A stretch of 64,000 nucleotides of DNA from Octopus vulgaris (lineage: Eukaryota). The translations under genes and the position numbers were made by a program. The number at the start of each line of letters is the position of its first letter. Positions within the stretch are counted from its first letter, which is position 1. This document shows positions 14,664-28,400 of this stretch, one piece after another. Below the pieces are notes generated by a model. That model ran no database searches and was not told the DNA's origin. It saw only the letters and a list, made by a program, of their open reading frames with translations. The stretch spans positions 27,590,001 to 27,654,000 of the forward strand of contig OX597821.1 of the NCBI GenBank assembly GCA_951406725.2. The letters run 5' to 3'.

Positions 14664-14668
<5 letters not shown>
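13645..14668 (+). mobile_element. 5'-truncated R4/Dong-type LINE: CCHC knuckle + restriction-like (PD-D/ExK) endonuclease, inserted in (TAA)n
   Basis: The ORF is uninterrupted to its stop at 14563: LKAETEGFLIAAQDQSLPTRNY, CRIC..ETINHIISSC, HRHD, RPDIVV..IDVSIP, EKLSKYKDL, IIVGALG. A ~100-nt UTR follows, with (TAA)n on both sides. Confidence 0.92.
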
Positions 14669-14704
<36 letters not shown>

Positions 14705-14742
14705 TAATAATAATAATAATAATAATAATGATAATAGTAATA

Positions 14743-14810
<68 letters not shown>

Positions 14811-14822
14811 AATGGGGATGAC

Positions 14823-14861
<39 letters not shown>

Positions 14862-14862
14862 A
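14668..14862. repeat. Compound trinucleotide array (TAA)n-(TGA)n-(CGA)n-(TGA)n
   Basis: Read directly from the sequence. Confidence 0.95.
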
Positions 14863-15842
14863 AACAACTGTGTCATTGATTATCGGAGCTTCAGGGTTAA
14901 TATCAAGTATTATCAAAATATAATACATGGGCCGAATAACAAATTAACAAATGAGGAGAACACGAATGAATTATAAACTACACATGTTATACAAATATAT
15001 AAATCTTGAAAGAGAAGGGTATAGATCTCGAATCGAATCACCAGCTTAACTCTATCGAGAACGACACAAATCCAAATTCACTCTGAATATATGCTGCGAA
15101 TATCTTCTTCAATCTACTGCACTCCCTTGTACATACTTCAAGGACTTCTAGTCATTCCAGCATTTTGTATTACGGTTCGCAATCTTTTCATTACAAAAAG
15201 AGCAATTTTCTCATTACACTCAACATCTCTTCATATGTAACTTAAAGAAAAACAATTGGTAAGGGCTTCAACGAAGATAAAGGTGTTCGATTTAGGGTTA
15301 AGGTTTTGGAGGAAAACATATATCTCTGTGCGGTTAAAGAAGAGACGTGCTATGATACAATGGATATTGCCGATAGCTAAGTACGTCCTACACTCACAAT
15401 TAGCTGTTCAACATACCTGCACAAGTCAGAAACGCTCCAATACCGAATGCATGCCTGCTGCAGAGTTTTGGCATTTTCGATACATTCCACGCAGATCAAT
15501 CAGACCACACTGTAGAATTAATATCGTATGCTTTCTCTGTAGCGTTGCCAAGTTGAAAATTTCTGGAAGCTATCCCAGGTAATCGTAGACCAAATATCTT
15601 GAGGAATAAAATATATAGTCTTCCCGTATCTCTGCTCAACGTCACTCAGTATGTCGAACTGCCAATCATCATCTTTACTTGACGCAAGATTTCAAGTCCT
15701 TCAAGATGACAGGCAGAAGTTGAATACCGATATTCAACGGTTAAAGTAATATTTACGGTTTTCTGAGATGTACACAGTAAGTGAATTAACTTGATTAGAC
15801 GAGGACACAGGAAACCAATGATTTAAATTTGGAACAAACCCT

Positions 15843-16294
15843 GGATCTTTTCGGTTTGAACGGCAGTTTTTAACATAATTTCTAGGTAACTAAAAAATGT
15901 TATACTTCGTATACTGGTAGAATGTGTTTATAAAACATCTTTTTCTCTTGGCTTTATTGAGAAAATTCTATAGTTTGTAAGATATTTGCTGTTTTTGTTT
16001 GTTTTTTTGAATTTCTGCAATTTCAACCACTCGAAGACGTCCATTGAGTTAAAAAAACATTCTGTGATGTATGAATATGCTCCTCGTTTAAGAAACAGAT
16101 TGGGTTTATTTACATTTGTGAAGAAAAAAAAGATACCCTTCTCCCCACCCCTAACCCTATTTCTAACCCTAACCATAACTAACCCTAACCCTGAAACAGA
16201 TTGAAATGCAATAAATCGATACTAGGGTCATAATTATGGGTGACAATTTCATATGACACCGCTAGAAAAAATTGCCGTTCAATCCAAAAAATCC
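15843..16294 (-). mobile_element. MITE (GGATCTTTTCGGTTTGAACGGCAG TIR family), opposite orientation to the other copies
   Basis: ~28-bp TIRs, internal (CCCTAA)n, and a degenerate 8-bp TSD caaaccct/aaaatcct. Confidence 0.85.
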
Positions 16295-16599
16295 AAAATC
16301 CTTAATACATAAATATCATTTTTAGCAAAAATACATAAATCTTGAGAATTATTATTGAATATCTCTTATCTAATGAAAAAGTATTGTATGATTATCTACT
16401 ATCATTTGTAATATAACTAAGCCAAAGACGTCCGTATAAGATATCACGTGTTTTCACTACAGTGCTAGTTTTTGAGTAAGTTGAACGGTGAGTAGCCAAA
16501 CAAAAATTAACTGAACCTGGGTTAAGCCTGTCTATAATGGCTGAACAGCTACCAACAAAGTTAAGAAACACAAATCTGATGTTAATTTCATGAGATTAC

Positions 16600-16679
16600 G
16601 ATCTTTTCGGTTTGAACGGCAGTTTTTTCTAGCGGTGTCGTATTAAATTGTCACCCATAATTGTGACCCTAGTATCGAT
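16600..16679 (+). mobile_element. Truncated left end of the same MITE
   Basis: gatcttttcggtttgaacggcagttttttctagcggtgtc...gaccctagtatcgat, running into a (TA)-rich block. Confidence 0.85.
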
Positions 16680-16680
16680 A

Positions 16681-16756
<76 letters not shown>

Positions 16757-16904
16757 ATGTATATATACATACATATGTATATATATATATATGTATATAT
16801 ACATACATATATATATATATGTATAAGTATATATATATATATATATGTATGTATATACATATGTATACGTATACATGCATATATATATGTATGTATGTAT
16901 ATAC

Positions 16905-16950
<46 letters not shown>

Positions 16951-17021
16951 GTATATATATATACATATATATATGTAGAAATATACATACATATATATAT
17001 GTATGTATGTATATACATATG

Positions 17022-17053
<32 letters not shown>

Positions 17054-17309
17054 TACTTATGTATGTACATATGTGTTTCCGTCCTCGTAATTCAACGGTT
17101 CCACATGGATTTAATCACATGGATCGCAATCCTCCAAGGTAATTTTTTCAAGAACTATCATTGAACTCGAGATACACAAAGACTTTACAATGTATCGGTG
17201 TACCTATTTTTTAATTTTTGTATATGTTTATTATTTTTTTTTTCAAAAAACAATGTAATTTTCTTTTCTCCCCCTCCTCAATTATAAAAAAAAATTATTT
17301 TCACCATAC

Positions 17310-17351
17310 AATTCTTGAAAAGTAGCATTACGACGAAAACCGGTTTGAATT
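17310..17351 (+). ncRNA. Minimal type I hammerhead-like motif, U3-A8 core variant
   Basis: aattc TTGAAAA gt-agcattacg-ac GAAA ACCGGT TT gaatt. Stem I is 5 bp and stem III is palindromic. Confidence 0.55.
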
Positions 17352-17451
17352 AATATATATATATATATTTATTTAAAACTTTCCATACACCCATTTTCAT
17401 TAAAATTTATCTTCGATTTAGCATTCTGCCTGTTTATAATTTTTCCTTGCC

Positions 17452-17509
<58 letters not shown>

Positions 17510-17510
<1 letters not shown>

Positions 17511-17642
17511 GACGGTCTTCTTTCAGTTTTCTTTTACCACATCCACTCAAAAGGCTATGGTCGGACACTTGATCGAGATGCCACGCAGTGGGACTGAAGC
17601 CGGGACCATGTGGTTGGGAAGCAAGCATCTTACCACACAGCA
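17510..17642 (-). mobile_element. tRNA-derived SINE fragment
   Basis: Minus strand gctgtgtggtaagatgcttgcttccc...gtcccggcttcagtccc resembles an A/B-box tRNA head. Confidence 0.6.
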
Positions 17643-17855
17643 GCACCTATTTGTGTGGTACATATTTATAGATCTGTAGTCAGGAAAATGGATATGTATT
17701 TCACATAATGGGTGACAATATAACACTCTATTTACACTGGTAATATTGGTTTGAATTAAGTCACAAGGCTAGCAATTCGTTAACATATACGCCAGTGCTC
17801 AAATGATACCTATTTTCTCGACACTGAAGGAATGAAAGGCAGTGTATACTTGGAC

Positions 17856-18089
17856 AAGGCGGCGAGCTGGCAGAAACGTTAGCACAGTGGCCGAAATGCG
17901 TAGCCGTATTTCGTCTGCCGTTACGTTCTGAGCTCAAATTCCGCCGAGGTCGACTTTGCCTTTCATCCTTTCGGGGTCGATAAATTAAGTACCAGTTACG
18001 CACTAGAGTCGATATAATCGACTTAATCCGTTTATCTGTCCTTGTTTGTCCCCCTCTGTGTTTAGCCCCTTGTGGGTAGTAAAGAAATA
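17856..18089 (+). mobile_element. Full-length tRNA-derived SINE with 11-bp TSD
   Basis: ggcggcgagctggcagaa...ctgagctcaaattcc...gcctttcatcctttcggggtcgataaattaagtaccag...aaagaaata, flanked by tatacttggac at 17845-17855 and 18090-18100. Decayed relatives lie near 7.0, 8.2, 9.6-9.9, 13.4, 18.2-18.4 and 38.4 kb. Confidence 0.88.
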
Positions 18090-20700
18090 TATACTTGGAC
18101 TGAATTTGGACTCAGAACGTCAAGTCGGAAACATGCCGCTAAGTATTTTGTCAGGCGCTGTAACGAATCTACAAACTCACGGTTTTTTTACACGGGTAAT
18201 ATTACGCGCAGGGCCGGGCAGCAAGCTGTCAGAATCATTAGAAAGTCAGTCAAAAAGCTCTGTGCATGAATTCAAATTTTGGCGTGGCCGACTTTGCCTT
18301 TCATCCTTTCGGGGATGAAAACATAAGTACCAGTTGATCACAGGGGGACGACGTACACATTTCCACGAAATTGTTGGCCTTGTACCAAAACATCATCACA
18401 GAAATAAACTCAAAAGCACTCACTCGGACAAGTTTTCGCAATAACCTCGAACGCGCAACCAAAATGATTGAAACATACCACCTTTACTTACACAATCTCG
18501 TTCAACATAGAAAGAAAATAGAATAGCGTTCTTACTGTATTCTGATTTCAGATTTATCTTTCATCTTTTCAGAGTCGACAAAGTTTAGTAACAGTCAAGA
18601 ATTAAGATCTGAATATTCAACTTACCCTACCCACAAATTCTGGCCTGCGTCTATGTAAGGATATGTTATCAAAAGTAAACTGCACTATAGGTATAGGTCA
18701 ACGCAAACCTTAAATAAACTGGATTCAATAATAAAACCATTTACTCCGCTTCACTGCCATTTTTTTTTGTCAAGAATGTTTGTATAGAAATTTCTGTACA
18801 TCTAGAATTCCAGTAGGTAATTTTTTTAAATTTCTTAAATGATTTTTTTTATCATTGCTTTACACTCACGCAACCGTATTGAGATATTATTGTTAAAATT
18901 TCCAAAGAAATACTCTCTCTTCTGTTCGGTATTGTATTCAGTTAAACAACTTCCCGATTCTCGCAATCTTTGATATATACAATATATAATTTTTATTCAA
19001 TTCAACAACATCTCTCGGTGTTGAATCACACGCGTTTAGTAATTTCACTGTCTTCCCAAGAATTCACATTCACGTTAGAATGCTCTGGGCAAGTTATATA
19101 TGATTATTCAAACATTTTCTAACGTTAATTTAATTCCTTTTTCTAGACTTGCTTAACTTCTCAGTTTCCTGAAACTCAATTACTTGTCTCATATGTACAT
19201 TTAAAAAAGTGTTTTAAAAATAACATATTGTATACATAACACGAGCCCCAATTTCTTTTCTTTTTTTATATTTTATGTACGAATTATTACATCGTTAATC
19301 TTTACATTATGTTTTTGAGACGTAGATGTTTTATTTGGACAAGTTTTAATATCCTGTTTCAATTTTCTTATTTGCCAAATACTGTCAGTTTTATTTATTC
19401 TAGAGTAGAATATAATGCAGTTTAAATCGACAGTCTGATTCGCTTACTGTTAGGAGAATAATTTTTATTTAATCTATATCTATTGAACGACATACCTGAA
19501 GCCACACGTCAACTGGAACAATATCTTTTATAACAATGTTACTATAGCAAATGTGTGTGAAACTGCGTGATAAGAAATGGCTAGAAAATGACTAAAATTT
19601 TAAAATATTATTGAACGTTATTGTATCTGAAAAGAGTAGCTAGACACATTATTTTCTAGTTCATCTGACTGAGAAAATGTAAATCCTTTTAGCTAAGCAT
19701 AAAAGGTTCATAAGTCGACCTTGTCTTGCGTCAAATGGACAGCATACTCTGTTAGCTATTTTACTATTGTGTCACTTTCATTTTAAAGTTTCTTGGAAGT
19801 TATGGCTTTACATAGCAATACATTTTTGGTCGTTGGCCTCAATTTCCAAGCGCTGTGATTGTTTGAACTAAAATATTTAGCAAAATCACATGTATCCAAT
19901 CCGGTCAACATTCAACTCTTTATTTCACACGTGTATTCAGTGATATCAATATTTACTTCACATGAATGCAACATACATCAAGCAGCTTGGATTAATCTGT
20001 GACTTTCCTTATGTAAAGTACAAATGCTTGTGGTGCAGATTTCAGTGAGCGTATATACCATCATAGTTCTGTAAATATCATTGCTTTCTTCAAAGAAATA
20101 CAATTTGTTGTTCGAGGAGGCTAGTTTTCTCTGCCCAATTGTCCTACCGTCATGCATTTTTCAACGCATATCCAAGAAGATAGAAACTAACATTCCACTA
20201 TCATCTTCCTCTACATGTTCAAACTAGGAGAAAATTGATGACTGCAGGAACAAGCGGGAGGGTGTCTCTCAATTCAGCCCACTCTTTTCTGCATCCCTCA
20301 AACGAAAATGCTTGCCGTAGATATAGCACAAAGGAAAGCTGAATGTTATTCATGCTAAAAAAAAATAGTGGTAGGATAATATTTATAAGCTCAAATAGCA
20401 AGTGTCTCAGTAACTGTCCAGGTAAATTCAGTAGTCGGCAATTTGGACACTGCTAGAACGCATAAAGAAAGTTTTGTTGTGTAATGCTCATTTCGCATAT
20501 GTCCTTCTTACGGCACGTTGTGTATGATATTCTACGAGCATCTCCACACAACGTCTTTTCTCGTTAATAGTTCTCTAAAGAAAGCGAACAATTACAACGG
20601 ATCTTTGACCAACGAGTATTGTGTTGTAATTGACTGAAAAGAGCGGTAAGGCTTTGTGTAACGGAACATTTCGTCTCCACATGCTCTGAGGACATCTTTT

Positions 20701-21107
20701 GGATCTTTTCGGTTTGAACGGCAGTTTTACTAGCGGTGTCATATGAAATCGTCACCCATAATTATGACCCTAGTATCGATCTATTGCATTTCAATCTGTT
20801 TTAGGGTTAGGGTTAGGGGTGGGGGGAAGGTTATCTTTTTTTCTTAACAAATGTAAAAATGTTTCTTAAACGAGGGACATATTCATACGGCACAGAATGT
20901 TTTCACCTCAATAGAACGTCATTGATTGGTTGAAATTGCAGAAATTGAAGAAAAAAAACAACAAATATCTTACAAACTATAGAATTTTCTCAATAAAGCC
21001 AAGAGAAAAGGATGTTTTATAAATACATTCTACCAGTATACGAATTTCAAAGTGTTTAGTTACGTGGAAATTATTTTAAAAAACTGCCGTTCAAACTGAA
21101 ATGATCC
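20701..21107 (+). mobile_element. MITE (GGATCTTTTCGG TIR family) with perfect 8-bp TSD
   Basis: TIRs at both ends, TSD catctttt at 20693-20700 and 21108-21115, internal (TTAGGG)3. Confidence 0.92.
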
Positions 21108-21439
21108 CATCTTTTCACCGGTCGTTAGGTTGGTCTTCCAAGTCATCGCCACTTCACGTCACTGCGACAGAAATGCTACATGCACCAATTAGTGACTTTG
21201 ATGTCCTAGGTTGGGACTATGTATTAGATTTATATTCTCGGTTGATCTTGCTTCTGTAATTATTGAAGACTGCAACTAATTTATGTATAATGGGTATACA
21301 AGGAGTGTGAGAAAATATTACACAGTCGAATTCGAAAAATGTTATTGGGGCAATGAATTGAAGAGTAGGACGGTAAATCATATATGGAACTGGAATTGTC
21401 TGATAATAATAGTAATAATAATAACAATAATAGTCATAA

Positions 21440-21895
21440 TAATGTTCACTTTATTGGCCACAAGATCCGGGCAGAAAACAGAGAAAGACAGTATAACACA
21501 TGCAAGAAGTGGGGCTCACCACAAAATTAGTGTATATAATCAAAATTATGGATTGTGTGTAGTTCAATGTGGATTAATTTTCATAGGAGGTCTTCCTCAC
21601 CTCCAGTTGGCTGTTACTGTCTTCCAAGACGATATAAACAAAAATCCACCACAAATTAGCCTCAGCCTTCTTTCTAAACGTGATGGATGGAGAACATTTT
21701 TTACGCTCCAGAAGGGAGCCACGGATTGCTTGACGGCCAGCGCTACAGTCTCGGAAAGCGTTGAAATGCCCACAAAGTGCTTGACTCTAGAAATGTGCTG
21801 GAAGCCTGGGAGTTCTCTTTCAGTGCACCTTCTACTTATGCCTAGGAAGGGATACATGGTAATGTCTACCCGTGTTTATTTCGGCCTTACCCTTT
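21440..21895 (-). mobile_element. Probable retroelement 3' fragment, family not identified
   Basis: GC-richer block that ends on the minus strand in aataaa followed by an (ATT)n-like tail. No convincing protein motif. Confidence 0.35.
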
Positions 21896-21934
21896 GGCCG
21901 TTATGTAGGTTATCCGCACAAACACACACACACG

Positions 21935-22003
<69 letters not shown>

Positions 22004-23779
22004 ACACACATATATATATATATATATAAAACACTGTGACTTTTCCGCAGTTGTGAATGCATTATTATTGTTATAGTTCTGGTTGATATTTTTGTCGCTA
22101 AGAGTTGATGTTTTTGGTATTGTCACATTTATTAAATTTCCTTGCTGTGTGTGTGTGTGTATGTGTGTTTGTTGTTGTTGTTGTTGATGTTGATGTTGAT
22201 GTTGCTGCTGCTGTTTATGTTCATCCTGGGGTGAGGCGCACTTTATTTTGATCTTCATGAGAGCTTACTTCCCTATTCCATGTGAGGGTAGAATGTGGAA
22301 GACTCTGAGGTGTCTTGCATTTCACTTTCAAACCTACCTTTTACTGCTTCTTTCATTTCTTATACCAAAGCTGGCGTCGCCATCTCTATTTATAAAGTTA
22401 TATTTCCGTAAACAAAATGACCATTATCTAATCGAATTCATGATCCCAAAGAAGCACATACAAGCAGAAAACCAAAGCTATGAAATGGTGGTGTATATAA
22501 CAAACGTTTTCCTAACTAAATAAACAGTTAACAACTTTTGAAGACACAAATTAAAGAATTGAACTTACGAGCCAGAAGCCACACGTGCTTCCAGTACAAT
22601 AATAACATAAAATGCAACAACAATAATGATAATAATAATAAGAAGAATTAGAGAAGAATTTTATATTTTGTAGTGATACAAAATATATATTCGTGAAGAA
22701 GGAACAACAATGTCTTTAGACGTAGAGTAAGACAGTATTGTAAAAGGAAGGAAGACAATTTAAGGAAATAAAGATTTGAATTACATTTCTGTCGATCGTA
22801 TTTCCAGAAACTATATTAAAGAGATGTCAAGAAATTGACAAATTATGACGCATTTGACGAAACCATGCGCTTAAATTTGCTACGCTAGGTTTGCTTCACA
22901 AATGTGATAGCTGAATAATTCTAAGTTTTCTTATGTGTAAACCTTATTTCAGATATATCTATACTCACTGTCAGAAATGATTCACTTGCGAGGCTCAACT
23001 ACTTCAGACAAATTCCAACTAACATATTACGTATTTGAAGTGACATTAGAATGATCACATACATGTATGTACATATGTTTATTACTCTCTCCGTGAGAAT
23101 ATATCGTTTAAATTTAGATGTGGAAATCTATTTAATATTGAAGTCGAAATGAGGTCAATTTCACTGTGTCAGCTGAAATTTCCTTCATGAAGAGGCGTTG
23201 AGGATCTTTTAGAAGTAGAATTTCTAAATAATGAGTATATGCAAAGATTTTTACTACGTTACCATACTGAAATATCTACTCTTAGAAATAAGCTCATATA
23301 AATTATTCTAATGGAATATATCTTTAACTGTATATCATCTTACCAAATAATTTTCTGTATGCTCAAAAACAACAGCTTCATTAATCATTCTATAAAGTTT
23401 TACGGCATTACTTTGCTTACATTAAGTTTGATAGAATAATTTTGGCATTTTATTTATGATACGAAGATATAGGACATTCAATTCTAAGATTAATTATTTT
23501 GACCACAGCAATTTTTGAATTCAGTAGAAATTAGAACATACGATATGTTACATTGGATACAATGCATCTACTATTTGAAGGGATCTTGTCTTTCTCTGAA
23601 TAAGGCTGATTATGACAAATTTTAGAAATTCGTTTTCTGAATTGAATTAGTCCCAATGTGGTTAAGCGGCATCAAGCGATTCAGTATTCTGGGTTAGCTT
23701 TATGATGATACTGAATTAGTACACATGAAATCGCAACTTGGACTCATTTATACTTAATTTCTAAATCCTTAAATCCTTA

Positions 23780-24050
23780 AAATTGTTTCAGCCCGAAGGC
23801 TGCAGCAATGTTAGGGCACCACCGCTGAATGAGCTACACTAATATGTGAATCCACATCTGATACGTGGCACTTGGTCAACAAGGGAGTTTGATGCTGCTG
23901 CTCGCATCAGTGTCTCCTGTCGTGAGGTAGGTTTATCTGGGACCCCCAACAAGAAGAGATCCAGTTTATTTTTATAGAACCACACATCCACACCATACAC
24001 GTCTCTCAGGCATTTAGGGAGGATGTTAAAGAGCTGTGGTCCTCTAGTTT
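23780..24050 (-). mobile_element. CR1-like LINE 3' end
   Basis: RGPQLFNILPKCLRD...YKNKLDLFLLGVPDKP...SNSL, typical of a CR1-group ORF2 terminus. Confidence 0.7.
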
Positions 24051-27000
24051 GTATATTGAGCATATTTCATTAGTATCTCGATATCAGCTAAATAAAACCC
24101 TACTATGGAATTCGTTGGATTCGTTGGAGAAGGTGTTGCATCTGGTTTGTCACGACAAGAAACTGTTATCATTGATCCAATGTGTCGGAGATAACATACG
24201 ATAACGTTACACAGCGTTAAATGGCTAAATAAAATAACGTTGCTTCTATAGGTTATATGATATATTAAAACTTGAAAGTAATATCTATGTATTCAATATT
24301 AGGAATATAAGGAATAACTTAATTATTTGTCTATAATCATATCATGAGATAATATAATTTGAATATATTCTTTAATAAAAGCACTGCATCTCTAGACATT
24401 GATTGAAAGTAGTGAAATATAGTTATTAATATTCTGTTGTAGTAGATTAGAGAGGTATTACAATGTCTCGAAGTAGCTCACTTCAGAGTTATAGTGATAT
24501 ATATTTCAATGTCACTGCAACGAAAGTTGCGGTGAAATAGATGAGCTTTGTTACACATAGGATCGCGTTGAGAACAGAACGGTTGTATATGACAGACGGT
24601 AAACCAGATCCAGCGAATTATCTTATACAACAATCTGGTGTTTCTAGTAGAAATTCAGAACAAATCTTTGGTCTGATGATATTCAGCATGAATTCCAGTG
24701 GGTGTTTTCATCAAAAACAGAGCATGACACGTAAGCCGTCCTCTATGTCCCTTCAGGATGCTGTATAATGTCTTGTACACGATCCTTCCTTTTCTGAGTA
24801 AAATCATGAAATAAGGGAAAGAAATTTGATGTCATTCCTTGACTTTTAAAAGATTTTCTATGTTTTTGATTTGTAAGTATATGTTCTTAAAAGTGAAACG
24901 CCAAGAATATGTTTATCGTTTGATAGATGTTATTAATTTCGACAAAATGTTTCGTGAGTTTATGATAGCTCTCCGTACATTACAATGTTTTCTTGAAAAT
25001 ATCTAATAGCTATTAAATATACTAGAAGCAGTCAACCTCAGATATCTGTCAAATATCATTGTGGCGAATGTCCTTTCTCGTAATGTTTCTTGGCATGGAT
25101 ACAGTAATTATCCCTGTATTATTTATATATCTCTTCAACACCTTTTAGTATTCGGCAAATGGAATGAAGTGTTTGGTTCATTAATCATATTAATATATAC
25201 TTCAATAATAATTTTTTTTATTTTATATCCCACTGTGATTGATGAACCTTCCACACTCATGGGACAGAATAATATATACTGGTAATTTATTGATATCTTT
25301 CTGCACGTTAAACACTAGTAATCATACAATTTCAAAGAAATCAATAAATTCTATATCGCTCAATGTTCCTCATAGCTGTTGATCACGGCTGGAATGGGAT
25401 ACTTTCCTTTTACTTTCATCTTTTATAAAGTGATCATACGTACTAGATCTGGTAAACAGTGAACAAAGTTGTTCATGTCAGAAACGAAGATCAATAATTT
25501 AAAAACAGAAATATTACAGCTAAGATATATATTACGATACAAAAATCGATAATTTGATCACAGACGTTGAATTTCGAATCATCAACATTGTTTCTATGGT
25601 GTCACTTTGATGCTTCATTACAAAGATCTTTCCCCTTTACACCAGTACTGGATTTTAAAGGACAAAAAAAAATTTCCCTGAAAAGATTTCAGTACAGGAT
25701 ATAAACAGTTTCAAATACTGATCTGCTTCTTCCTTGAACTAGTTTTCAGAATGGATGAACAGGTTTTCGTTTATGAAATTGTTTAAAAATACGTATCATT
25801 TAAAAATATTTTTTCTTTCACTTCCCTCATTGGGAAGAATAGTTCATCTTAATCTGTATGGGATATATACAGTTATTTTCTTTTAAAGTAAAGATTACTG
25901 TGTTACTTCAATTCTAGGACAACTTTGGTGCTCTGTAAAATTTTAAGAAGGACTTGGCGGTGAGATGCCTGAATGCTTGAATTGCTAGAGTGTCAGCGGA
26001 AGCTCTTTACCTTATTAGTCCCGACTCTTGAAATACTTAGTTCTAATTCTGCTGAGATTTTCTTTACCATTCATTCCTCATCAATAGATAAAATAAAGTA
26101 TTGATTAAATTATTGGTGTCAACGGGATGGAAATGCCACCTCACCTGAAAATCGCCGCCTTTGTGGCAAAATCAGGATTTTTCACGAAATACTATTACGC
26201 TCTCTTGTGAAAAAACATGACTTACATGGAAAACGCAAGAGTTGAATCAAAGTCACGCATTTTAGAGTATGTTATAGAAAGCAACAGTTAGGCTTATATC
26301 TGATCGCACCAGCGATTGAGGTCAATCGAGACTGGTGATTTCGGTCAACTGTTTCACTTGTGGTGCACTCCTGCGTTTCCTATTGGCTAGACCTGCCTCT
26401 AAAACATCTGAGCTATGATTCTTTTCTGAGGCAATCTGACAATATGCAGATTTGCCAGAGTCGTAATCTCCCAGATTTGAGAAATAGTGCTTCGATTTGA
26501 AGCATTTCTTTGATATAATACCAGCTTGTAATATTGTTACTAAATTGAATTGTGCATCAAACTTTACTAATGGAAAAAAACTCGTGCGTTGTTGCTTTTC
26601 TTTCTAGAACAAATAAGAAAAACGATTCGCTATTGTTTAATTTCACACCATAGATGCTGGAAAAGTTGCTACGGTAACGCGTTTCCTTAAACAATACAAG
26701 TTATAGTCATGACTCCAAACTGAAAGGTTTTCTTCATCATAGGTTTGCAAATTGTAACCTAATCTGTAGCGATGCAAAAGCAAAACAAAGCAAACAAATG
26801 GCAACGAAAACAGTCAAGAGCAACACATTTAGAATTTGCCTATATCTGAATGGTAGTCATATAAAGACTTTCTACCATGAAAGAATTAGAAACACTGAGT
26901 TCCAAACCATTAATATGGTACACTATCAACTATGTCAGATTCCACATTCAGTGATTAATAGACAAAATAACATATACAAAATGTTCCTCAAAATATATTC

Positions 27001-27370
27001 TTCCGGTCATTTATATTCACTGCACATCATTAAATTTTCTTTGATATTACCTATCAACCTTTTCAACCTGGGTTCAAGTTATAAGTCTATCAATTGTCAA
27101 AACGCATTATGATAAGATAGACATTTTGAAATATAGCTTTCACTATCTAATAAAGGGAGGAAAAAATGAAATCCTTTTAATAACAGTTATTTTTGCTATT
27201 GATGTTCATTCTTCTTTCTTCGATAATGAAATGACAACAAAGATTTTTCTGGCAATTACTCTTGTTTAGTTCGAGCTGTTTATTTTTCTTTCTGTCTGTA
27301 GTTGTGCATAGTTGCGAATGAATTTGTGCGTGATTATTTGTCTGTAAAATATATGAAGACATTTGTGTAA

Positions 27371-27450
<80 letters not shown>
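27371..27450. repeat. (TATC)n microsatellite
   Basis: Read directly from the sequence. Confidence 0.95.
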
Positions 27451-27452
<2 letters not shown>

Positions 27453-27509
27453 CTTAAGCGCATATATATATGTATATATATATATACATATCAATTCATT
27501 AAAATTCAT

Positions 27510-28400
27510 TAAATGTCCGATTTTGAACGGAAAGTATGTTTTATTCTATCTCAACAAAGAGCAGTGCATTTATTCAAAGTATGCACCGAAATCCTTTAAC
27601 ACTATTTTGCCTTTTTATCAGTAGCTTATTTATACTGGCAGCGAAGAATTCTAGAGAGCAAGAGGTGGTGAAAACAAGAAAATCTGTTTTTGCATCTTCC
27701 TCAGATTTGAAGTGTTTTTCTTTGCAAAACGTTGTCTAATGCCTGGAAAACGTGATAAAAGTTGGTGCATGGTCTCCTGAATATGGTGGATAACAAGGTA
27801 CTTCCAAGTTCAGTACCTGTAACTTGAGTAACGTTTTCTGCACATGTGGTCGAGTATTGTTTTGCAAGAGAATTGGCCTGTCTCTGTTGACGAATCCCGG
27901 TTGTTTAATTGCAAGTTCACTCATCATTTCATCCATTTGGTTAATGTATACATTCGCTGTAATTGACCTGTGAGGTCTCATGAAGCTATAGTTGATGACC
28001 CCAGCGCTAAAGCACCAAACATACACCATTACCTTTCTTCTTTTGGTAAATATTCTTTTTTGGATTGTGGTTTGGCAATTCGTTTCTATCCACCGAAAGT
28101 ACAGGACACTTGCTATTGTTGAAGAAAACCCATCTTTTATCACACGTAACAATACGATACAAAACTGTTTCGATTTTATGCCGTGACAGCAAAGAACAGC
28201 AAGTTTCAAGACGACGTGGGGCTTGATGTGCGTTCAGTTTGTGTGATACCCACTTGTCCAGTTTCTTTATCTTGCCGATGTGTTTCAGATGGTCCAATAC
28301 TGTTGGAATCGAAAATCAAACCTTAATGCTAACTCACGCGTTTGAGATGTGTCCGCGTTCATTATAATTTCCAGCTCAGTATTATCCACCTTTGGTCTCA
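27510..28400 (-). pseudogene. Decayed mariner transposase
   Basis: Frameshifted fragments KKLDKWVSHKL (WVPHEL), RIVTCDKRWV, KVMVYVW, PILLQNNTRPHV and PPYSGDHAP (YSPDLAP). Boundaries are approximate. Confidence 0.85.
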
